A DNA stretch of 64,000 nucleotides from Thermoanaerobaculia bacterium (lineage in GTDB: Bacteria > Acidobacteriota > Thermoanaerobaculia > UBA5066). Numbering within the stretch: the stretch's first letter is position 1; every line of letters begins with the position of its first letter. The stretch is from assembly GCA_963719225.1 (NCBI GenBank), contig CAVRAY010000002.1, positions 704,001 to 768,000 on the forward strand, in the 5' to 3' direction. Below the pieces are notes generated by a model that ran no database searches, had not been told where the DNA came from, and saw only the letters and a program-made list of their open reading frames with translations. Shown piece after piece: positions 38,532-48,715 of this stretch. The translations under genes were made by a program, and so were the position numbers.

Positions 38532-39349
38532 TCCCCCGGTCCTTCCTCGCGCTCGCCCTCCTCGCCACACCGGTTCCGACTCCTTCTCCGCCCCGGCGCA
38601 TCGTCGCGCTCGCACCCTCATCGGCTGAGATCCTGTTCGCGCTCGGCGCCGCGCCGCGCGTCGTCGGAGTGAGCGACTTCGCCCGCGACCTGCCCGGCGC
38701 CGCCGGCAAGACGCGCCTCGGGGGGTTTGCGCCGGACCTCGAGCGCGTCGTCGCGCTCGCCCCGGACCTCGTCGTCGTCTCGCGCGACGGCACCGACCGG
38801 GCCGCCTGGGAGAAACTCACGTCGATGGGGCTGAACGTGCTCGTGACCGGCGGGACGACTCTCGACGGCGTCCTCGAGGACGTCGCGCGCGTCGGCGCGG
38901 CGATCGGCGAGACGGCGAAGGCCGCCTCTCTCGTCGCGTCGCTGAAGAGGCGCATCGCGGCGGCCGAGGCGCGCGGGCGCGTGCACCGGGGCCGGACGGC
39001 CGTCGTCCTCGAGTGGCCCGACCCGCCCGTCGTCGCGGGGCGGGGCACGTTCGTGGGGGACGTGCTCGCGCGCGCCGGCTTCACGAATGCGGTCCCCGCC
39101 TCCGCCGGCGACTGGCCGCGTGTTTCTCTCGAGACTCTCGCCGCGTGGAACCCCGACCTCGTCGTGCGTCCCGCGACCGTGGAGAACGACGTCGCGTTCC
39201 GCGCCGCGCTCGGGGGCGGCGCGTTCCGGGTCGTGCCCGCCGTCCGCGAGGGGCGCGTCGCGACGCTGCCGGGCGACCTTCTCGAGCGGCCGGGCCCGCG
39301 TCTCGTGGACGCCCTCGAGAGGCTCGCGGCGCTCGGAAGCCCGCCGTGA
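38528..39349 (+). CDS. Helical-backbone metal receptor (BtuF-like cobalamin/siderophore binding protein); start uncertain
   Basis: PRRIVALAPSSAEILFALG, VVGVS, PDLERVVALAPDLV, RPGPRLVDA. Confidence 0.85.
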   Translation: MIPRSFLALALLATPVPTPSPPRRIVALAPSSAEILFALGAAPRVVGVSDFARDLPGAAGKTRLGGFAPDLERVVALAPDLVVVSRDGTDRAAWEKLTSMGLNVLVTGGTTLDGVLEDVARVGAAIGETAKAASLVASLKRRIAAAEARGRVHRGRTAVVLEWPDPPVVAGRGTFVGDVLARAGFTNAVPASAGDWPRVSLETLAAWNPDLVVRPATVENDVAFRAALGGGAFRVVPAVREGRVATLPGDLLERPGPRLVDALERLAALGSPP

Positions 39350-40359
39350 CGCCCGGCTCCGCCTCCACGCGGAGCGCGTGGGCGCCGGCCGCCGTCCTCG
39401 CCGCGGCGCTGCTCCTCGTCCTCGGCGGCTCCCTCGCCTTCGGGAGCGTCCACCTCTCTCCCGCGCAGGTCCTCGACGCGCTCTTCGGCTCCGGGGACGC
39501 GCGCGCCGTCACGATCGTGCGCGAGCTGCGGCTCCCCCGCGCGCTCCTCGGAGCGCTCGTGGGAGGCGCGCTGGCGGTCTCCGGCGCCGCGCTGCAGGCG
39601 CTTCTCGGCAACCCCCTGGCGGACCCGTACCTTCTCGGCGTTTCCGGGGGCGCCGCGTGCGGGACGCTCCTCGGCGCGCTCCTCGGCCTCGGGGTGCGGG
39701 GGGCGTGGGGAAGCTCCTTCGCGCTCCCGCTCGCGGGCTTTCTCGGGGCGCTCGTCGCGGTGGTCGTCGTCGGTGCCGGGGCCTCGGTCGGCGGGCGCCT
39801 CGACCGCGGGAGGCTCCTGCTGTCCGGAGTCGTCGTGAACGCGCTCGCCTCGGCGGTCCTCCTTTTCCTCCTCTCGTTCGGCGACGCGGCCCGCACGCAG
39901 TCCTTCGTTTTCTGGATGCTCGGCTCGCTCGCGGGCGCGACACCGGGCGCGGTGAAGGCCCTCGCCGTCTACGCGGCCGTCGGGCTCGCGCTCCTCCTCC
40001 CGCTCGCCCGCGCCTTCGACGCGCTCGCGCTCGGAGAGGAGACCGCGGCGACGCTCGGGATCCCCGTCGAGAACGTCAAGCGGGTCGCGTATCTCGCCGC
40101 CTCGCTCCTCGCGGCGGCGGCCGTCGCGACGACGGGGATCATCGGCTTCGTCGGCCTGCTCGTCCCGCACGCCGTGAGGCGCCTCGCGCGCGGGCACGTC
40201 GCGCTCCTCTCCCTTTCGTTCCTCGGGGGCGCCGTCCTTCTCGTCTCCGCCGACGCGCTCGCGCGGTCCCTGTTCGCGCCGGCCGAGATTTCGGTCGGGG
40301 CGGTCACGGCGCTCCTCGGGGCGCCCGCGTTCCTGATCCTCCTGAGGGCGCGACCGTGA
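39346..40359 (+). CDS. FecCD/BtuC family ABC permease
   Basis: LRLPRA, GAALQ..LGNPLADPYLLGVSGGA, GIIGFVGLLVPH. Confidence 0.9.
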   Translation: MTPGSASTRSAWAPAAVLAAALLLVLGGSLAFGSVHLSPAQVLDALFGSGDARAVTIVRELRLPRALLGALVGGALAVSGAALQALLGNPLADPYLLGVSGGAACGTLLGALLGLGVRGAWGSSFALPLAGFLGALVAVVVVGAGASVGGRLDRGRLLLSGVVVNALASAVLLFLLSFGDAARTQSFVFWMLGSLAGATPGAVKALAVYAAVGLALLLPLARAFDALALGEETAATLGIPVENVKRVAYLAASLLAAAAVATTGIIGFVGLLVPHAVRRLARGHVALLSLSFLGGAVLLVSADALARSLFAPAEISVGAVTALLGAPAFLILLRARP

Positions 40360-41150
40360 CGGCGAACGACGCGCGTCTCGAGGCCCGCGCCCTCGCGGCC
40401 GGCTATGGCGCGCGGACCGTCCTCTCGGACGTCTCGCTCGCTCTCACGCGCGGGCGCGTCGCCGTTCTGCTCGGGGAAAACGGATCCGGCAAGTCGACGC
40501 TCCTCCGGGTCCTCGCGGGCGTCCTCGCGCCGCAGGCCGGTGCGGTCCTGCTCGACGGACGCAACCTCGCTTCGGTGCCGCGGCGCGAAGCGGCGCGCGC
40601 GATCGGCTACCTTCCCCAGGGGTTCGAGCCGCTTTTCCCGATTCGGGCGCGCGATCTCGTTCTTCTCGGCCGCACGCCGCACCTCGGAACGTTCGGCGCG
40701 CCGGGCGCCACGGACCGCGCCGCGGCCCAGAGCGCGCTCGCCGAGATGGACGGGGCGGCGCTCGCCCCCGAGGACCTTCGCGCGATGTCGGGGGGCGAGC
40801 GGCAGCGCGTGCTCCTCGCGCGCGTCCTCGCGGGGGAGCCGTCGGTTCTCCTCCTCGACGAGCCGACGGCCAATCTGGATCCGCGCCACCGGTTTCTCGT
40901 CCTCGACGCGATGCGCCGGCGCGCCGCCGCGGGCGGGGCGGTCCTCTTCTCGACGCACGAGCTCGACGTCGCCTCGCAGGGCGCGGACGATGCGGTGCTC
41001 CTCGCGGGCGGGCGCATCCTCGCTGCGGGCCCCGTCGCCACGACGCTCACGGACCGTCTCCTTTCCGAGCTCTTCGCCGTCGCGGCGCGCGTGAGCGCCG
41101 GTCCGGAAGGCAGGCCCCTCGTGTCGTTCGGTCCTCCTCCGGCGCGGTAA
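40356..41150 (+). CDS. ABC transporter ATP-binding protein (FepC/BtuD-like)
   Basis: GENGSGKST, GRTPH, MSGGERQR, LLLDEPTANLD, THE. Confidence 0.9.
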   Translation: MTANDARLEARALAAGYGARTVLSDVSLALTRGRVAVLLGENGSGKSTLLRVLAGVLAPQAGAVLLDGRNLASVPRREAARAIGYLPQGFEPLFPIRARDLVLLGRTPHLGTFGAPGATDRAAAQSALAEMDGAALAPEDLRAMSGGERQRVLLARVLAGEPSVLLLDEPTANLDPRHRFLVLDAMRRRAAAGGAVLFSTHELDVASQGADDAVLLAGGRILAAGPVATTLTDRLLSELFAVAARVSAGPEGRPLVSFGPPPAR

Positions 41151-41166
41151 CATCCCTCCTTCACCC

Positions 41167-42012
41167 ATGTGGTTCCGCAAGGACAAGGGCCCGCGTGCCC
41201 CGCGCGACCCAAAGACCTCGGCCTCGCTCGGCGAGGGGCTGTTCCTCAAGTGCGAGGGCTGCCGCGAGACGCTCTACCTCAAGGAGCTCGAGCGGAACGT
41301 GCGGGTCTGCCCGAAGTGCGGCTTCCATTTCCGGATGCCGGCCGCGGAACGGATCAGGCTTCTTCTCGGCGAAGAGGCGTTGCCGCTCTTCGAAGGCGTG
41401 CGCCCCGGCGATCCGCTGAAGTTCAAGGACTCGAAGCGATACCGCGACCGACTCCGGGACTCCGAGGCAAGGACGGGGCGGCCGGACGCGATCCGGGCGG
41501 CGCGGGGCGACATCGACGGCGTCCCGGCGGTCGTCGCGGTGCTCGACTACGCGTTCATGGGCGGCTCGATGGGCTCGGTCGTCGGCGAGGTCCTCACGCG
41601 CTGCGCGGAGCTCGCGCTCGCGGATCGCAAGCCGCTCGTGATCGTGAGTGCCTCGGGCGGCGCGCGGATGCAGGAAGGCATCCTCTCTCTCATGCAGATG
41701 GGAAAGGTGTCCGCCGCTCTCGCGCGACTCGGGGCCGCGCGGATCCCGTACGTCTCCGTCCTCACGGATCCGACGACGGGCGGCGTCACGGCCTCGTTCG
41801 CGATGCTCGGCGACGTGAACGTGGCCGAGCCGAAGGCGCTCATCGGCTTCGCGGGCCCGCGCGTCATCGAGCAGACGATCCGCCAGACGCTGCCGGACGG
41901 CTTCCAGCGGAGCGAGTTCCTCCAGGACCACGGCTTCGTCGACCTCGTCGTCCCGCGGCCCGAGCTGCGCGCGACGCTCGCCAAAGTGCTGCGGCTGCTC
42001 CAGACGACGTGA
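41167..42012 (+). CDS. accD: Acetyl-CoA carboxylase carboxyltransferase beta subunit
   Basis: CxxC..CxxC Zn finger, FMGGSMG, SGGARMQEG, PTTGGVTAS, GFAGPRVIEQT. Confidence 0.96.
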   Translation: MWFRKDKGPRAPRDPKTSASLGEGLFLKCEGCRETLYLKELERNVRVCPKCGFHFRMPAAERIRLLLGEEALPLFEGVRPGDPLKFKDSKRYRDRLRDSEARTGRPDAIRAARGDIDGVPAVVAVLDYAFMGGSMGSVVGEVLTRCAELALADRKPLVIVSASGGARMQEGILSLMQMGKVSAALARLGAARIPYVSVLTDPTTGGVTASFAMLGDVNVAEPKALIGFAGPRVIEQTIRQTLPDGFQRSEFLQDHGFVDLVVPRPELRATLAKVLRLLQTT

Positions 42013-42044
42013 TGGCCGAGTCCAGGGGACGAAGATTCGGATTC

Positions 42045-42209
42045 GGATTTTCTTAGAAGGTTGATGGGGCTCGGGACGTGAGCGTCGTCGTCGCTGCTCC
42101 CGGGCTGGCGTGGCTGGACGCCCTCGGTCCGCAGAAGATCCGCCCGGGCCTCTGGCGCACCCGCGCCCTTCTTTCCTTTCTCGGAAATCCCGAATTCTCT
42201 TTCTCTTCC
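42045..42209. repeat. Paired inverted AT-rich repeat, copy 3 (accD-folC junction and folC 5' end)
   Basis: GGATTTTCTTAGAAGGTTGATGGGGCT (+, 42045-42071; 24/27 identical to 17096-17122 reverse complement) facing purine tract + GGATTTCCGAGAAAGG (minus, 42175-42209). Confidence 0.55.
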
Positions 42210-43286
42210 ATCCTCATCGGCGGGACGAACGGGAAGGGGTCGACGGCCGCGTCCGTCTCCGCGATCCTCACGGCCGCCGGCGTGCCGTGCGGCCTCTACA
42301 CGTCGCCGCACCTCGTCTCGGTCGCCGAGCGCGTGCGCCTTCACGATCGCGACGTTTCTCCCGCCGCGCTGGACGCCGTGCTCGCGCTCGTCGCCTCCGT
42401 TTCGGCTCCCGGCGACCGCTCGCCGACGTACTTCGAGGCGATGACGGTCGCGGCGTTTGAGCTCTTCCGGCGCGCGCGCGTCCGCGTCGCCGTCGTGGAG
42501 GTCGGGATCGGCGGGCGCCTCGACGCGACGAACGTCCTCGAGCCGGAGGTCTCGGTCGTGACGAACGTCGCGGCAGACCACCTCGACGTCCTTGGCCCCA
42601 CGCTCGAGGACGTCGCGCACGAAAAGGCCGGCATCTTCCGAACGGGCCAGCCGGCTCTCGTCGGCGCGGAGGGGACGGAGGACGGCGCACGAGCCGTCCT
42701 CCACGCCGAGGCGCGTCGCGTCGGCGCCCGTCTCGTCGAGATTCCGCCGGCGCCGCACTGGGCGGGGCTCTCCCCGCTCGCCGGCGCCCACCAGCTCGGA
42801 AACGTGGCGCTCGCGGTCGCGGCCGCACGCGCGGTGGCGCCCCTGGACGACGCGACGATCGCGCGCGGTCTCGGGGCGACGCGCTGGCGCGGGCGGCTCG
42901 AACGCCTCGAGACGCCGGGGCGCCGGCCGCTCCTCGTCGACGGCGCGCACAATCCGCCCGGCGCGCGTGCCCTCGCGGCGCACCTCGACGCGGCCGGACT
43001 CTCGGGCACGGTCGACCTTCTCTTCGGCGGGATGGCCGACAAGGATCTCGCGGCGGTCTTCGCGCCGCTCGCGGCGCGCGCGCGCCGCGTCGTCCTCGTC
43101 GCGCCGGACGTGCCGCGCGCCGAGTACCCCGAGCGCCTGCGGGTGAGGCTCGGCCGTCCTGACCTCGAGACGGCTCCGGACGTGGCCTCGGGCCTCGCCG
43201 TTCTCGAGGAGGCGGGTGGCGAGGCGCCCATTCTCGTCGCGGGCTCGCTCTACCTCGCCGGCGCGGTGCTCGCGCTCCGGGGCTGA
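42078..43286 (+). CDS. folC: Folylpolyglutamate synthase/dihydrofolate synthase
   Basis: GTNGKGS, YTSPHL..ER, TYFE, EVGIGGRLDATN, W.GRLE, DGAHN, GSLYL; downstream of accD. Confidence 0.92.
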   Translation: MSVVVAAPGLAWLDALGPQKIRPGLWRTRALLSFLGNPEFSFSSILIGGTNGKGSTAASVSAILTAAGVPCGLYTSPHLVSVAERVRLHDRDVSPAALDAVLALVASVSAPGDRSPTYFEAMTVAAFELFRRARVRVAVVEVGIGGRLDATNVLEPEVSVVTNVAADHLDVLGPTLEDVAHEKAGIFRTGQPALVGAEGTEDGARAVLHAEARRVGARLVEIPPAPHWAGLSPLAGAHQLGNVALAVAAARAVAPLDDATIARGLGATRWRGRLERLETPGRRPLLVDGAHNPPGARALAAHLDAAGLSGTVDLLFGGMADKDLAAVFAPLAARARRVVLVAPDVPRAEYPERLRVRLGRPDLETAPDVASGLAVLEEAGGEAPILVAGSLYLAGAVLALRG

Positions 43287-43319
43287 CGGCGTCCGAAATC
43301 GGAAGGCTAAGATCCCGGC

Positions 43320-44681
43320 GTGAGCGAACCCGCCGGCAGAAGCCTCGTCCCCGCGTACGACAAGAAGGCGCTGGAGGCGCAGGAGGACGCGCGCCTCGCC
43401 GTCTTCGCCTCGCGCGCCTCGCGGGCCGTGCGCCGCTACCCGATCGCCGGGGAAGGCCGGACCTACGACTACCGGACGGAGTACCAGCGGGACCGCGACC
43501 GCATCGTCCACTCGCGAGCGTTCCGCCGTCTGAAGCACAAGACGCAGGTCTTCATCCCGTTCGAGGGCGACCACTACCGGACCCGTCTCACGCACACGCT
43601 CGAGGTCACGCAGATCGCGCGAACGGTCGCGCGCGCGCTCGGCCTGAACGAGGACCTCGCGGAGGCGTGCGCGCTCGGGCACGACCTCGGCCACACGCCG
43701 TTCGGCCACTCCGGCGAGAAGGTCCTGAACCGCATCCTGTCGGGCGCCGACGCGTCGTTCCCCCTGGACGCGAAGCTCGCGGCGCAGGTCGGCGCCTTCA
43801 AGCACAACTACCAGGCCGTTCGCGTCGTGGACGTCCTCGAGAAGCGCTACGAGCACCCGGGCCTGAACCTCACGAACGACACGCGCGAGGGGATCCTCAA
43901 GCACACGACGTGGCGGCGCGACTTCCCGTTCCCGGACGTGGACGGCGAGGGGCTGAACCTCGCCTCCGGCGGCCACCTCGAGGGACAGGCTGTCGCGTGG
44001 GCGGACGAGTACGCCCAGCAGGCGCACGACCTCGAGGACGGTCTCAAGCTCGTCGACTTCGAGAAGGTCCTCGCGCTCCCGGTCTCCAGGGCCGTCGTCG
44101 AGGCTCTCGGCGCCGCCTTCTCGGGCGCGAAGGACCGCACGGTACGCGAGGGGATGCTGATCCGCGGGATGATCCATCTCCTCGTCACGGACCTCATCAC
44201 GTCCTCGCGCGCGTCGATCGGCGCATGGCTCGAGGCGAAGGCCGTGAAGACGCCGGCCGACTTCTACGCGCAGAGGCGAAAGCTCCCGGGCTCCCTCGTC
44301 GCACCGTCGAAGACCGGGCAGCGCCTCTACGACGAGCTCAAGGAGTTCATCTATCAGCACATCATCCACAGCCACCGCGTCGCCCAGCACGACGGGCGCG
44401 CCCAGCTCGTCGTCACGACGCTGTTTTCCGCCTGGTACCGCAACCCGCGGCTCCTGCCGGACTACGTCCTCCTGCGCTACCGCGACCTCGCGGGCGTCGC
44501 GTACCTGAGGGACGTGCCGCTCAAGAGGCTGGACGCCGAGATCGCGGCGAACTACACGAAGAAGCCGCTCTTCCTGCGCTCGATCGCGGACCACCTCGCG
44601 GGCATGACGGACAGCTACGCGCTGTCGGAATACGACGCGATGGTCTCGGCGTACCCGCGCCGGAACCCGGGCGCGCCGTAG
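43320..44681 (+). CDS. dgt: dNTP triphosphohydrolase (dGTPase, HD family)
   Basis: YQRDRDRIVHSRAFRRLKHKTQVF, RTRLTHTLEV, GHDLGHTPFGHSGE, AGMTD. Confidence 0.92.
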   Translation: MSEPAGRSLVPAYDKKALEAQEDARLAVFASRASRAVRRYPIAGEGRTYDYRTEYQRDRDRIVHSRAFRRLKHKTQVFIPFEGDHYRTRLTHTLEVTQIARTVARALGLNEDLAEACALGHDLGHTPFGHSGEKVLNRILSGADASFPLDAKLAAQVGAFKHNYQAVRVVDVLEKRYEHPGLNLTNDTREGILKHTTWRRDFPFPDVDGEGLNLASGGHLEGQAVAWADEYAQQAHDLEDGLKLVDFEKVLALPVSRAVVEALGAAFSGAKDRTVREGMLIRGMIHLLVTDLITSSRASIGAWLEAKAVKTPADFYAQRRKLPGSLVAPSKTGQRLYDELKEFIYQHIIHSHRVAQHDGRAQLVVTTLFSAWYRNPRLLPDYVLLRYRDLAGVAYLRDVPLKRLDAEIAANYTKKPLFLRSIADHLAGMTDSYALSEYDAMVSAYPRRNPGAP

Positions 44682-44707
44682 CGGCCCGGCGGAGTCGGGG
44701 AGGCGAC

Positions 44708-45292
44708 ATGCGGACGGGACGGCTGGAGGCGTTCAGCGACGGCGTGATCGCGATCATCATCACGATCATGGTCCTCGAGATCAAGGTGCCCCACGGCGAC
44801 ACCGTGCACGAGCTCGTGCCGCTGCTGCCCGTGTTCCTCAGCTACGTGCTGAGCTTCGTGTACGTCGGCATCTACTGGAACAACCACCACCACATGCTCC
44901 AGACCTGCACGAGCGTGACGGGCGCGATCCTGTGGGCGAACCTGCACCTGCTGTTCTGGCTGTCCCTGTTCCCGTTCGCGACGGGGTGGATGGGAGAGAA
45001 CCACTTCACCCCTCTGCCGACGGCGCTCTACGGCTTCGTCCTGCTCATGGCCGCGATCGCGTACTACGTGCTCCAGCAGGCGATCATCCGCGCGCAGGGG
45101 CCGGCGTCGCTCCTGAAGAAGGCGGTCGGGCGCGACTGGAAGGGGAGGCTGTCGCCGGTCCTCTACGTCCTCGCGATCGTGTCGACCGTGTGGGAGCCGC
45201 GCATCGCCGAGGCCATCCTCGTGGCCGTGGCTCTGATCTGGCTGATTCCGGACCGTCGCATCGAGAGCGTCCTGCCGCGCGCGGGGGCCTGA
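44708..45292 (+). CDS. TMEM175 family potassium channel (DUF1211)
   Basis: RLEAFSDGVIAIIITIMVL, YWNNHHH, LFPFAT. Confidence 0.92.
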   Translation: MRTGRLEAFSDGVIAIIITIMVLEIKVPHGDTVHELVPLLPVFLSYVLSFVYVGIYWNNHHHMLQTCTSVTGAILWANLHLLFWLSLFPFATGWMGENHFTPLPTALYGFVLLMAAIAYYVLQQAIIRAQGPASLLKKAVGRDWKGRLSPVLYVLAIVSTVWEPRIAEAILVAVALIWLIPDRRIESVLPRAGA

Positions 45293-45349
45293 CGCGCCGG
45301 CCCCGCCGCGAGGGTGTGAGGCGGCCCGACGGGCCTACACTGCCATGCG

Positions 45350-48300
45350 ATGGATTTAATCAAGCGGATCGCCATTGGGCTCCTGTTGTCTTGTATTGCA
45401 ACCGTGTCTCAGCTCGCCGAGGGCGCGGTGTTCTGGAGGTCAGCGACCGACGCGCCGCTCACGCCGAACGTCGGCCTGATCCTCGGAGACGAGAGCCGCA
45501 CTCTCGCTTTCGATGCGTCCCACGCATACGAATTTGACGGCTTTGGCTGGCGTGCCGTTCGGCTCTTCGACGAGACGGGAGCCGAGTTGCCGACTCCTCA
45601 GGGAAGATACTTTTTTCGCGCGTCCCGGTTCTTTGTTCTCGTCCGCGATGCGGCTGGAACCCGCCTGCTGAGGCTCGAGGGCGACACGTGGAGGACGATC
45701 TTCGCGACGGGACCGGTGGACGTTGCCGTGATCGGGTCGACAAGAATGTTCTTCGCAACCGGTGGTTTCAACGACTGCCAGTACGAATCCAAGCCGTGTC
45801 CGAGCCCACCGCCGGCGGGTTTGGGCGTGACGTCGGTGTCGTTGCTGGACGGATCGGCACGAGCTGAGGCTCCCGTTCCGGGATGTTCCGGAGATCTTCA
45901 GGCGGCCGGCGACGTTCTCTATCTTCGCCAGTTCAGGCCGAGCTGCGCCTATCCGAGCGCACGGTCGACTCTCTCGGCGGTTTCGGCGTGGGGCGGCGAC
46001 GCATCCGTCCCGATCTATCGCCTCGACGGGAATTCATGGACCCTGCTGCCGCGGCTCGACGTGTCCGGCTACTTCAGCCTTTTCACAACGCAGAGAGAAC
46101 TCTGGGTGCTCTACCCGGTCTCCTCGTCCGCGGAGCAGATCCGGCGTGTGACGGCCGAGGGGCTCTCGGCACCAATCACGCTCCCGGGGAATTACGGAAT
46201 TGGCGACTTCGTAGACTGGAACGGAACGCTCCTTTACCTCACCCAGGACCGCGCCGCTCCGCTCTTCCGACTCGTGAACGGCACGTTTAAGCCGTTCACG
46301 CCCGCGGTGTCTCCGTCCCTCCCCGACACGCGGATCTACGTCGCCGGGAATCGTCTCTTTCAATGCACGGCGGGATCGGATCCGCAGGTGCTGGGAACGG
46401 GGGGCTGGCTTTCGACACCCGGCGCCCTCGGCTCATCCCGTGTCGACCGGTTTCTGCACGGAGACAGCGGCACGTACGCGGTGCGCGGCGCCGAGATCTG
46501 GCGGCTGGACGGGAGCGAATGGACCCGGCTCCCGCGTCCCCCGCTCGCGTTCAACGTTCCCACGGGTTTCGTCTTTCAGGGCCGGCCCGTCCTCTTCGAC
46601 ACGTCCCACGTTCTCACGTTCGACGGCTCACGCTGGGTCGTGATCGCCGAGACCGGGCGGGATGTCGCATCGTGGAATTCGGCGCCGGCCTCGCTCGTCC
46701 GGCCGGACGAGTTCTGGTTCTCGGCGTCGATCGACCGGCTCTACCGTTATCGTGACGGAACCCTCCAGACCTTCGTGAACGCGGAGCCGCTCGATCCGAC
46801 CGGACAGTTCACGACGTCGTCCGTACGCGACATTGGGGGAGATGTCGTCGTCTTCGGCGTCGGAGGAGGAGCTTTCCACCTTCAGAACGACTCCGTCGCC
46901 GACACCGACTCCCTCGTCCCGGCGTTTCCCGACCTCTCGGGTTTCTTCCTGCGCGATGGCGCGTCGGTGAACGGCCACACGTACCTCCTCGTCCAGGCGA
47001 AGCCGGGCAACTCACCCGCCCGCCCCTCCCTGGTCGAGCGCACGGTGGATGGCTTCAGGCCCCTCGTCATGGAGCAGGACTACTCGCAGGGACTGATCCG
47101 AAAGCAGGGCGAGGATTTCCTCGCCGTCCAGGGGAACAGCCTTCTCTTCGGCGGTCTCTCGCTGACGGGCGATCGGCTCCGGGCCCAACGGGCGGACCGG
47201 GCCGGTTTCACGCTCGATTCCAGCGGTAACTTCGCGACCCACCGGTTCGAGGATTCCTTCGTGGCAGCGGCGGTCCCCGACGGCCTCCTGCTTCCTGTTC
47301 TGCGCGTCCGCAAGACGGTTCCCGCTGCGGTCGATGCAACGGGCGTCGGAGGACTGCGGTATCGGACGACGCTCGTGGTCGCGAACCTCTCGGCGTCCAC
47401 GCCGTGCGTCGCCCGCCTCCTGCCGGGAACGTCAGACACGGCGGCCCTCGAGCTTCCTCTTTCGCCTGGAGAGCAGCGGATCGTCGAGGATCCAGCGCCC
47501 GGCTTCGTCGGCCCGCTCGCTGTCGAGTTCGAGGGGCTCGATGAGGATCAGGATGCCTTCGCAGCGGTTCGCGTGTTCAATCCCGCGGGGCAGGGCACTG
47601 CGGGCGGCGTCCTCGTCGGGCGAGACGCAGGGAGCGTCGCCGGGCGGAATCTGCTCCTCGCGCCCTCGCCGCGCACAGGCTCTCGCCTCCACATGGCGGC
47701 CTCGGCGGCGGTGGACGGCCCAGGCCAGGACCTGACCACCATCGACTACGGCTTCGACCCCGCGGTCTCGGCGCGGGTTCCGGCCGGCGCGTTGTTCCAG
47801 ACGGACCCGACCCCGAAGAACCTCATGAGAGTTCTCGACCTCGGTGCCTCGTATGCCGCGCCGACCGATGACCTTCTTGCCTACTGCGTCCGCAACGACG
47901 CGGGCGCGAACGACGTGACGATCGCGGAGGCGGAGCCAACGGCCGTTCTCTTCGCGCGACTCGAACGATTCCTCCCCGCGGTCGTCTCCGTCGAGTCCTC
48001 CTACGCGCGCTACCGGACCGAGATCTCGTTCGGACGGTTCGCGACGGACGTCTACCCGCCGCAGGAGCGGACGTACACCGTCTCGTTCCGACCCTCGGGC
48101 TCCGCTTCGCCGCCGTACTCGTTCCCCGTCACCGTGGCAGGAGACGTCCTGCACGTCCCCGACGCGGCCGCGTGGCTCCGGTCGAACGGCGCTCCGGTCG
48201 GAGAAGCCGTCGAAGGAACGCTCTCGATCTCGGGAGAGGGGCCGACGGGCGCGTCCGATCTCCTGGTCGGCGCGGTCGTCCTCGCACGGCCGACGAACAG

Positions 48301-48682
48301 CTCCGCGGAATACGGCACGGCGGTTCCCGCGTTCGCCGAGGGCGCCTGGGCGCACACGCGCGCCGTCGTCCCCGGGCTCCTCGAGTCCCATGCGTTCCGC
48401 TCCAACGTCGCCGTTGCGAATCCGGAGCCGGATGGCGGTCCGTCCGTCACGCTCTCGGTGGACCTGCGCGCCGCGGACGGCTCGCGGATCGCGACGCTTC
48501 CCTCGGTGACGCTCCGGCCCGGCGAGCGGCGCCAGTTCAACCGGCCGCTCGCGTCGCGAGGGGGCGAGGGTTACGCCGTCATCACGCGCGTCGGCGGCGA
48601 GGGACGCTTCGTCGCCTACGGCGTCGTGAACGACAACGCCACGGGGAGCGGATCTCTCTTCGAGATGACGCGCGCCGAGTGA
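45350..48682 (+). CDS. Large secreted protein: N-terminal beta-propeller-like region plus lineage-type C-terminal tandem beta-sandwich module
   Basis: 1110-aa ORF, signal peptide, recurring (R/T)LDG..W motifs, C-terminal YRT.L, FRSNVAVAN, AYGVVNDN.TG motifs shared with 57470..60910. Confidence 0.75.
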   Translation: MDLIKRIAIGLLLSCIATVSQLAEGAVFWRSATDAPLTPNVGLILGDESRTLAFDASHAYEFDGFGWRAVRLFDETGAELPTPQGRYFFRASRFFVLVRDAAGTRLLRLEGDTWRTIFATGPVDVAVIGSTRMFFATGGFNDCQYESKPCPSPPPAGLGVTSVSLLDGSARAEAPVPGCSGDLQAAGDVLYLRQFRPSCAYPSARSTLSAVSAWGGDASVPIYRLDGNSWTLLPRLDVSGYFSLFTTQRELWVLYPVSSSAEQIRRVTAEGLSAPITLPGNYGIGDFVDWNGTLLYLTQDRAAPLFRLVNGTFKPFTPAVSPSLPDTRIYVAGNRLFQCTAGSDPQVLGTGGWLSTPGALGSSRVDRFLHGDSGTYAVRGAEIWRLDGSEWTRLPRPPLAFNVPTGFVFQGRPVLFDTSHVLTFDGSRWVVIAETGRDVASWNSAPASLVRPDEFWFSASIDRLYRYRDGTLQTFVNAEPLDPTGQFTTSSVRDIGGDVVVFGVGGGAFHLQNDSVADTDSLVPAFPDLSGFFLRDGASVNGHTYLLVQAKPGNSPARPSLVERTVDGFRPLVMEQDYSQGLIRKQGEDFLAVQGNSLLFGGLSLTGDRLRAQRADRAGFTLDSSGNFATHRFEDSFVAAAVPDGLLLPVLRVRKTVPAAVDATGVGGLRYRTTLVVANLSASTPCVARLLPGTSDTAALELPLSPGEQRIVEDPAPGFVGPLAVEFEGLDEDQDAFAAVRVFNPAGQGTAGGVLVGRDAGSVAGRNLLLAPSPRTGSRLHMAASAAVDGPGQDLTTIDYGFDPAVSARVPAGALFQTDPTPKNLMRVLDLGASYAAPTDDLLAYCVRNDAGANDVTIAEAEPTAVLFARLERFLPAVVSVESSYARYRTEISFGRFATDVYPPQERTYTVSFRPSGSASPPYSFPVTVAGDVLHVPDAAAWLRSNGAPVGEAVEGTLSISGEGPTGASDLLVGAVVLARPTNSSAEYGTAVPAFAEGAWAHTRAVVPGLLESHAFRSNVAVANPEPDGGPSVTLSVDLRAADGSRIATLPSVTLRPGERRQFNRPLASRGGEGYAVITRVGGEGRFVAYGVVNDNATGSGSLFEMTRAE

Positions 48683-48715
48683 CCGCTTGATAGGATCTTC
48701 CGTCTCGGAGGCCTC

